From contig CAWHXP010000006.1 in NCBI GenBank assembly GCA_963833425.1, positions 64,001-128,000 of the forward strand: a stretch of 64,000 nt of DNA. The letters run 5' to 3'. The position numbers and the translations under genes are program-made. The notes below the pieces were generated by a model that saw nothing but the letters and a program-made list of their open reading frames with translations, had not been told where the DNA came from and made no database searches. This stretch comes from an uncultured Methanosarcinaceae archaeon. GTDB lineage: Archaea > Halobacteriota > Methanosarcinia > Methanosarcinales > Methanosarcinaceae. Positions 56,535 through 64,000 of this stretch are shown here, piece by piece (positions within the stretch are counted from its first letter, which is position 1; each line of letters begins with the position of its first letter).

Positions 56535-56695
56535 TTTTCAAAATAAATGATTACTCCATAAATAGAAATGTTCATAAATAAATTATTTACGAATAAAAAG
56601 TCCATAAAAAAATTATTCTGCATACTAGAATGTTCATAAATGAATTATTCTGCAGACAAAATGTTCATGAACATAATTCTTTTGCAAATAGAAAT
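56535..56695. repeat. Degenerate ~31-bp tandem array (4-5 units)
   Basis: Recurring AATGTTCATAAAT.AATTATTCTGCA. Confidence 0.75.
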
Positions 56696-56794
56696 TTCTT
56701 TGATGAAAAAAGGCTAAAGATTCCTAACAAAGTTTAATTTACATCCTTATTTAAATATTCTATTTCCCGTGTTTATCCTATATGGAGGCCCTCT

Positions 56795-58108
56795 GTGACA
56801 GAAATATCAAGTATGGTTATATCCCATAAAAAAGCAAAAGTTGAGGAAATGGAATCAGCTTGGCACGGTGATCTGGACAGTATGCTCCATAACCTGTACA
56901 AGCATGAGTTTGTTCACGAGTGTGTTGTCTTGAAAACCTGTAACCGTGTTGAAATCTACGTTGTTTCCCCTAAAAGCAGCAGTGTACTTTTTTCTTTTGC
57001 AAAGAAAATGGGAGCTTCCACACACATCATCGAATTTTACGGGCACGAGGAATCCCTGGAACATTTGCTAAGACTTGCAGGAGGCCTTGAATCAATGATA
57101 GTAGGGGAGGACCAAATCCTTGGCCAGATGAAGGACCTTTACGCCTATTCTAAAAAAGCTGGAACTACTGGGAAAATAATGGATACTGCCTTTGAAAAGG
57201 CTATTCAGGTTGGAAAACGAATTCGAAATGAAACCAAAATAAACAAAGGTTCGATTTCCATAGGTTCTGCTGCTGTGGATCTGGCAGAGGATATTCTCGA
57301 AGGGCTCACAGGAAAATCCGTACTCGTGATAGGTGCAGGAGAGATAGGAATTCTTGTTGCAAAGGCTCTGGCTGAAAAAGATATAGAAGCAATATACATT
57401 GCTAACCGCACATTCCAGAAAGCTGAAGAAATCGCGTATGAACTTGGAGGGCATGCAGTCAGACTTGATGATGTCAAAACATACCTTAAAGATGCTGATG
57501 TTGTAATCAGTGGTACTGGCGCTCCACATTACATTCTTACTAGGGAAATTGTTGAAAAAGCTATAGAGAACAGAAGCCGTAAACTCCTCCTTATCGACAT
57601 AGCAAATCCCAGGGACATCGAGGAGTCTGTTGTTGAACTTGAGAACGTCGAACTGTGCAATATAGACAATCTTAGGGTTATCAGCGAAAAGACTCTTAAA
57701 ATGCGAAAAGAGGAAGCTAAAAAAGCCGAGGCTATAATTCAGGACGAAATCAAACTTCTAAATCTCCAGTATAAACGCCAGAGAGCCGACCGTCTTCTTG
57801 CTGATCTTTATAGACAGGTGTATGATGTCAGAATAAGAGAAAGACAAAAAGCAGTAAACAAACTTTGCGCCTATCATACTATCGGAGAGATTGAAACCGA
57901 GGTTCTTGATGATCTTACTCATTCAATTGTTAACAAAATTTTGGCCGAGCCTACCAAAGTCCTGCGCCAGGCCGCAGAACTCGGAAACGAAGAGTTTCTC
58001 GATGTGGTTTCAAGGGTTTTCTGCCTCGAAAAGCATCAGTCAAGGATTGAAAAAATAAAACAAAGTTGTGGAAATGAGTTAAATCGGGTCTCAGAAAAAG
58101 GTAATTAA
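56795..58108 (+). CDS. hemA: Glutamyl-tRNA reductase
   Basis: TCNRVE, SMIVGEDQILGQ, GAGEIG, ANRT, DIANPRD; GTG start with GGAGG RBS. Confidence 0.96.
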   Translation: MTEISSMVISHKKAKVEEMESAWHGDLDSMLHNLYKHEFVHECVVLKTCNRVEIYVVSPKSSSVLFSFAKKMGASTHIIEFYGHEESLEHLLRLAGGLESMIVGEDQILGQMKDLYAYSKKAGTTGKIMDTAFEKAIQVGKRIRNETKINKGSISIGSAAVDLAEDILEGLTGKSVLVIGAGEIGILVAKALAEKDIEAIYIANRTFQKAEEIAYELGGHAVRLDDVKTYLKDADVVISGTGAPHYILTREIVEKAIENRSRKLLLIDIANPRDIEESVVELENVELCNIDNLRVISEKTLKMRKEEAKKAEAIIQDEIKLLNLQYKRQRADRLLADLYRQVYDVRIRERQKAVNKLCAYHTIGEIETEVLDDLTHSIVNKILAEPTKVLRQAAELGNEEFLDVVSRVFCLEKHQSRIEKIKQSCGNELNRVSEKGN

Positions 58109-58408
58109 AGAAAAAATAGGAGATTTTTTAATTTATTCTGAGATCACAAAAATATGCCACAAATCTCACTTTCAACTGATTGTAATCAATCAAAAAGCCC
58201 AAAAAAACAATTAAATGTCGCATTATTAAGGTTGGTGTTTTTAATGACGAGTTCCCAGTGTAGCGAATGTTTGTATTTTCATAAACTAAGGCTGATACTC
58301 TCTAGCTAACCTCAATTAAATTCGGAATAGAATCAAACTGGGATACAACATTATGTATATTTTTAGAGTAGCATCAACCAAAGGATGGAAAAATACAAAA
58401 ATATCTAT

Positions 58409-58717
58409 TCAACACACAGAGTCGTGCATAGCAATTCCAGTCTCTGTAAGACGATACATTCCGTCTTCAAATTTAAGGAATCCTTCTTTGAGTAGGAAAT
58501 CCATATGAAACTTAAAGAAAAAATCGTTTAATCCTGAATCTTCCATTAACTTCTTTTCATCCTTCCCAAATATCCCAATTATTCTAATAAGCTTTCTTCT
58601 TGCAGGATTTATAGAAACTTTTTCCATCATTACATGCTCTAGTTTGATAGCTTCGCCTTCAGTAGGTTCCACTTTCTTGCAAAAATAATCCTCAAGTTCG
58701 TCTATATTCTCGTCCAA
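58409..58717 (-). CDS. Hypothetical ArsR-like winged-helix protein
   Basis: NPARRKLI..., FHM..L...G.L....YRLT..G. Confidence 0.7.
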   Translation of the reverse strand: MDENIDELEDYFCKKVEPTEGEAIKLEHVMMEKVSINPARRKLIRIIGIFGKDEKKLMEDSGLNDFFFKFHMDFLLKEGFLKFEDGMYRLTETGIAMHDSVC

Positions 58718-59953
58718 GTCAAAACTCCATCTTTTTTGATATCGAAACCATATTTTTCGAAAAGTTTCGAAGAAGATTAGTGTAATTGCTCTTTTCTATT
58801 TAAGTAGCATATTTGATTATTTGAAGTTATCAATTAATAAATACTATTCGAGGGATGATAGGATAACCACTGCGAACAGAAAAACTATAATTCGCCTTTT
58901 AACTTTGGAAGAGAGAGATATGATACATTTGATTTTGTTCTATTAACCGATAACTGCACATATTCTATTATCTCACGCTTTATAAATTGATTATTAGGAC
59001 AGCTGCTTCTTCACTTGGGAAAGTATCGATTTAAATAAAAGAAACTAAAATATGAAGCAACTCCCGCTACAAAATTGATAGTCTTCTTGCATGAGAATTC
59101 CCTAACCGATGACTATTGGATTTATATTACAATTAGATATTATATATAAATTTTGATAAATTCATTCTCAGGGCACTTTTTTTAGTTACAACTTAAAAAC
59201 TCAATACGATATTGCAGCAACATTTTCGGTAAAACAGTGCCATTTTCAGATTTTACAGTGAATTTTGATAGATTTTCTACTCTTCAAGTAATAAAATAGC
59301 AGTGTTTTGAATAGCAATGTTTTGGCTTTTTGTTGCCTAGCTGATTTTAATAAAATCGATTTATTTTTCAAAAAATTAAGTAAAAATATTCATTTATTTC
59401 GACTGAAACTGAGAAAACATATATCATAAAGTAAAATGTGTGCATCAGTGAATACAAGATAAACAGAAACTATGTCGGCATAATAATCGGCTCTTCACAC
59501 AGGTATATTTTACAGAATTGTTGGTATGCTTTCATAATATGATATATTAAAAAGTTTACTCAAAAGTCAAAATCTGACATTCAAGCAAGTCAACATTAGA
59601 ATTTCAAGGAAGATAATAGGATTCCCGAAGAAAATAAATTGTTTAGTAAGTCAAAGGATTCTCTATGCACACATTTCAATTTCTTTAGAGAATATAGAGG
59701 ATTAACATACATGATGAAAAAGACTTAAATGTAAAAATACACCTACAAGAGAAACAGGAACTACTGAATAAAAATATATTTTAAAGAATTGCTAACATTC
59801 AGGTGTTTCAAAGCATCAATCTTATAAAAACGAATGACCAAAAACTTCATTTAACATGTAATTTTCCCTCTGAAGGAGGAAAGATCGTAATCATTACAAT
59901 GAGATCTGGATAGTTACCTACATTATTTCTTTATTCCTAAAGAAATTTGTTGA

Positions 59954-60439
59954 TCAGGTATCAAAGTTAATCTTTAGTACCTCACATTGCGGCATATTCT
60001 TAATTCGCACACCCTCCAATGTTCCTGTTACTTCCAGGCTATCAAATTCACTTGAACCACATAGTATATCTTGATTAGGGTGCGTGCCAGGTGCGATGTT
60101 GCAGCTTAGAACAGTCTTTTTACCAGCAGACACTACGATTGGAAGCCTTGCTGATGCAGGATGGTTCTTCGGAAGGACTATTAATGGTGACCTGATTTCC
60201 CGAATCATGAAGAGAATGCACTTAAGCCCTTTCTCAGTATTCCTCTCTATCGAAAGCGCAGAAGCGACAATTAGATCATGGGGCTCTAGTCCGAGTACAA
60301 TTTCTTCGCTTTCAGTTTCCAGAAAGAACTGTCCACAATGACCTACTTTCACAATAGCCACAGTTCCTGCCGTGCCGCGCAGAAGAAGCATTTCACTTTC
60401 CTTCAGTGGAATGTCTTTAAAAGAGGTCGATTTTTTCAT
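59954..60439 (-). CDS. Conserved hypothetical protein
   Basis: 161-aa ORF with protein-like composition; C..PGTHP.QD.LC. Confidence 0.7.
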   Translation of the reverse strand: MKKSTSFKDIPLKESEMLLLRGTAGTVAIVKVGHCGQFFLETESEEIVLGLEPHDLIVASALSIERNTEKGLKCILFMIREIRSPLIVLPKNHPASARLPIVVSAGKKTVLSCNIAPGTHPNQDILCGSSEFDSLEVTGTLEGVRIKNMPQCEVLKINFDT

Positions 60440-60471
60440 ATTAAAAATAAGTATCTAAAAAATCCAGTCGA

Positions 60472-60630
60472 TTAATTGGATTCTACTACATTTTGAGACT
60501 GGCAAGACGGACACTTCACATTCTTGCCAATACCTTTGAACTTATTTCCACAATCTTTGCATACATAATCTTTAACAGGCAATTTTTCTTCCATATCGAC
60601 ATCAAACGCGTCTCCAACACTACACATCAT
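60472..60630 (-). CDS. 52-aa zinc-ribbon protein (not in ORF track)
   Basis: MMCSVGDAFDVDMEEKLPVKDYVCKDCGNKFKGIGKNVKCPSCQSQNVVESN; GAGGT RBS. Confidence 0.85.
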   Translation of the reverse strand: MMCSVGDAFDVDMEEKLPVKDYVCKDCGNKFKGIGKNVKCPSCQSQNVVESN

Positions 60631-61276
60631 TATTACCTCATGGTCTTATCAAGGAGCTTATTAAATTATATAATCTTCATATAATTACTTATAATTCTCC
60701 AATTAATACCTTTCCATACCTCCTAGCAATTTATGACCTCAGTTCTCACATCATGGAAATCATTCCTGCAGAAATATTGTGACGATGGACATTTTTTTAT
60801 TAATCTCTTTGATCGTTATAACTTCGTCACCCAAAAGATGAGTAAATTTTTTGATAATTTTTTTGGCCACGGTACGCACACGTCCCTCATAAATACTGGA
60901 TCCTTGTACATATTCTTCGACAATATATGAGTCATCATAGTGTTTTACTGCTCTAATTAATACCCTTATCAACCATATAACATAAAATCTACCGAATACT
61001 AATAGAGACCGATATAATTGCTCGTCAATTTTTATCCGGTTGATATTATCTAAGACACTCTTAATGAATTCTCTACGACTTTTCCAAATTTCAGTATACT
61101 GAACCTATCTCTTTAGCATATAATGACTCAAACATTCACCACTAAACACAGAAACGTCCACAAATATAGAACATTGTGCCACGATTAACTCTATATCCGT
61201 TTCTTTCACTAAAAAATTCAGAGTCAATGGTTATATTGACAAATCTTCCGTTCTATTATTTTCACTGATGAGAAGG

Positions 61277-61845
61277 TTTTAAGGTAAAATCTATATATTC
61301 AAGAAAGTTAGATATATTCATAATTGGATGGCTTAAAAATAATTCATTTAGTTTCTTCAAAAATAGCAGGATACTTTTCTTTTAATGGTATGCGTAGCTC
61401 TTCATCTAATTTTGCAGCATGAAGTGTTTTCACTTTTGAAAGCTGGTAGAGTGATAAATGCTGAACTCCTTGAATGTCAGCTCTTCAATTTTAGCCTCTT
61501 TAAAGTTCGCCCGTATAAAATAAGTCCATTTAAGATTAGCCTTTGAAAATCAGCTACTTCAAGGAGCTGACATTAATTGGACTTATTTTATACGGGCGAA
61601 CTTTAAAGAGGCTAAAATTGAAGGAGCTGTACTTGAGGGAGCTAATCTTTTAGGAGCTCAGCATTTATCACTCTACCAGCTTTCAAAAGTGAAAACACTT
61701 CATGCTGCAAAATTAGATGAAGAGCTACGCATACCATTAAAAGAAAAGTATCCTGCTATTTTTGAAGAAACTAAATGAATTATTTTTAAGCCATCCAATT
61801 ATGAATATATCTAACTTTCTTGAATATATAGATTTTACCTTAAAA
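61277..61845. repeat. Large inverted repeat (194-bp outer arms plus ~50-bp inner arms)
   Basis: 61277-61470 is the reverse complement of 61652-61845 with about one mismatch; 61478-61528 pairs with 61578-61630. Confidence 0.95.
61555..61778 (+). pseudogene. 3' end of a pentapeptide-repeat protein gene (mirrored on the minus strand)
   Basis: ANFKEAKIEGAVLEGANLLGAQHLSLYQLSKVKTLHAAKLD...FEETK*. Confidence 0.75.
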
Positions 61846-62145
61846 TCTCTGCATCAATTAAACATAACCTCTGCTTTTTGTGGTGAAGAAAAGGGATACA
61901 AAGTGATTCAGAGTTTACAGAATTTTCTGTACACCGCCAGTTTCTGATAAAGTGTCTTCAAAATACTTTTTATAGTCAGCACTCTAAATAGAACATATTA
62001 AATACTATTAAATGTCCAGTGCCTTACCGGATATAAGCAATTTGTTGAAATCCGAGGTCAGTTGAAATTTTATATATTTTAGCATGCGATTAATTTGGAC
62101 AAAATATAAAGAATGAAATAAATGTTGAGACAATCATCTAGTAGA

Positions 62146-62451
62146 ATGAAAAAGGTACTTGCGATTTTGCTGGCAGTCCTTTTTGTAGTATCTTTTACAG
62201 CTGTAGCAGCTAGTACTCGCTATGGTGGATATGGCCACCGAAGGTTGATATGGTTTGGGTCCCGGATGGAGCTATGGTACTGTACTGGTTGTGTATGCGT
62301 GAACGGTAATTGGATTTGCCCCTCATACGTCGGAATGCCACACACGATGCAAGCTTCGGCAGCTGCAGCTCTAGCTCCAAGTCCAAATGTTGCAGGACTA
62401 ACTATATTTCCAGAAACATCATCAACATCGACAAATTCTTCAAGTCACTAA
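62146..62451 (+). CDS. Small secreted protein with a Cys cluster
   Basis: Signal peptide MKKVLAILLAVLFVVSFTAVAAS; CTGCVCVNG.WIC; Ser/Thr tail. Confidence 0.6.
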   Translation: MKKVLAILLAVLFVVSFTAVAASTRYGGYGHRRLIWFGSRMELWYCTGCVCVNGNWICPSYVGMPHTMQASAAAALAPSPNVAGLTIFPETSSTSTNSSSH

Positions 62452-63035
62452 TTGAAGCAATGTCAATAATATCCCCTTTAGTCATCGTTTAGAATTTCGA
62501 TAAAAAAGCATGAGAATTATGAGAAACGAACTCATTTAAAATTCGAAGCTTTTAAAGTAACTATTAAATTAGATTAAGCCACATGTATTATATATATATA
62601 GATATATTCAAACTTAACATTTTATGTATTCTATTCATTTCTTGACTCAGTTCCAAAATCCAATGATAAAATAAGTGTAATACCATAACAAGCCGTCTTC
62701 TATTATCTTGTTAATGTTATTTTCAGAATAGTTTTAAATTTTATCGCCAATTTTTTAGTTCCCCTTTGGTGTGGCAAAGGTATCTGTTTCAATGCATGGA
62801 AATGCAAGAGTTCATTATACTGAATGACTTATCATGAGAATATAACTAGTTAATATGAATGACTTAATTAGATCCAAATTGAGAAGTTAATTAATGGAAT
62901 TAAATGTTAGGAGAAATAATTTATAGAGCTATAACATACTAACACATGTAAATATTTATAATTGTTATTTGACATCATTATGTAATCATTTATTCTGGCT
63001 TTTTAGACTCTTATTTTCAAGGAAAGTGAAACGAC

Positions 63036-63930
63036 ATGATACCCAAAAGAGGCCAAAATGAAAGCCAGATTTCGTATTTAAAGAGACAAAGTTTAAAAAA
63101 GCACATTGAAATTTTAATCCTATATACTTTATTAATCTTTATACTCAACTTATTCTGTAATTTTCAAAATAGGCACGTGTGTCCCGGGAAAAATAGATGC
63201 ATTTCAGTGATAAGAACACTTTGGTATGCGTTAATAGCTATATTCAATCCAAGTCTTACAAAATTAACACATGATTACTTAATTATTCTATTCCTATGAA
63301 ATACCATTGTCACCTTTTCAATGGCGTTTAATCAAATCGTCTCATGCTTATTGTCTATTGTTGTAGACATCTATATGGCACACACTCTACTACGGATATA
63401 CGCATTTATTTATGGAGCAGCTGGAGTAGATGTACTTATAAAAAGTCGAGTGAATAATAATGATTTATAATTAGTAGCCAAACTCGGGTTTGCGTTTTCA
63501 CCGTTTCACTTTGCACATTCTTTTTGGATAATTTTAGAGCAATCAGTATAGAGTGGATACCCTGTTAGCTCATTACTTAATTAAAATATTTAAATAATGG
63601 ATATTCGAAACAGTTTTTTGGGGAATATTCTTTATTCTTGTAGCTGTTAGCGATCTTCAATACATGGTGTTATAGGAGTTTTTGTAATGTTATTATTTTC
63701 GTATGAAATCTACACTTTTTAAGAAATGAAAAAAAGATTGCAAAGAAAGATTAGCACAAATATTTTATAAACAATCATTATTTGGGGCAATTTCACTATT
63801 TGGTCTAATCCCCCTCACAATAGAAAATATTCAAATAGGCATGTTCAGTGAAAACTTTTTAAAATTAAACCCTTCTCGAGTTGTTCATTTCTCAACTTAT
63901 TTACGGAGTTTTTTCCTTCCATTTTTTTAC
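63036..63930 (+). pseudogene. Probable decayed membrane protein gene
   Basis: Successive short hydrophobic frames broken by stops; no family recognised. Confidence 0.25.
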
Positions 63931-64000
63931 ATCCGACATTTGGGAGTTTACAAACAGGATTTTTGACAACAATTTATCTGTAAACATATATGTGGGTACG

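Noticed and set aside
56510..56581. Pyrrolysine readthrough of sirC
   Set aside because: The 22-codon extension runs into the tandem repeat and has no recognisable motif
56535..56695. CRISPR array
   Set aside because: Units are contiguous and degenerate with no spacers; no cas genes in the window
60700..61200. Decayed gene upstream of the zinc-ribbon ORF
   Set aside because: Looks coding-derived but no family could be recognised

Overview
Archaeal chromosomal DNA from a cytochrome-containing methanogen, Methanosarcina-like: hdrED, ahb haem genes, methanogenesis marker 9, thermosome, aEF-1beta and archaeal RNase P RNA are present. Housekeeping blocks are hypCDABE, cdc6, thermosome, marker9-citG-DUF447, hdrED-DUF116x2-GGRx2, fprA, tRNA-Ala(CGC), gltX-FAH-pyrK-pyrD-hemC-hemL and ahbD-ahbA-ahbB-sirC-hemA. 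They are separated by long AT-rich spacers, many of which are insertion-sequence fossils missed by the ORF track: 3 IS200, 2 ISH3-like, 2 IS5, several IS6 pieces, a ~90-bp IS5-type MITE family (7 copies) and a ~150-bp IS6-type mini-element family. There are also several pseudogenes (Tat multicopper oxidase, GGR paralogue, PyrE-like, pentapeptide). Best leads: (1) hdrE and hdrD carry three single-base insertions, which are either real loss or assembly error; (2) the hdrED-DUF116-DUF116-GGR-GGR block is a candidate methanophenazine side-chain module; (3) an intact orphan minimal tyrosine recombinase is coupled to a decayed Zn-ribbon ORF; (4) a 569-bp near-perfect palindrome; (5) an inverted haem cluster lacking hemB. 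All calls come from reading and motif recognition; no searches were run, and comparisons with other genomes are from memory.
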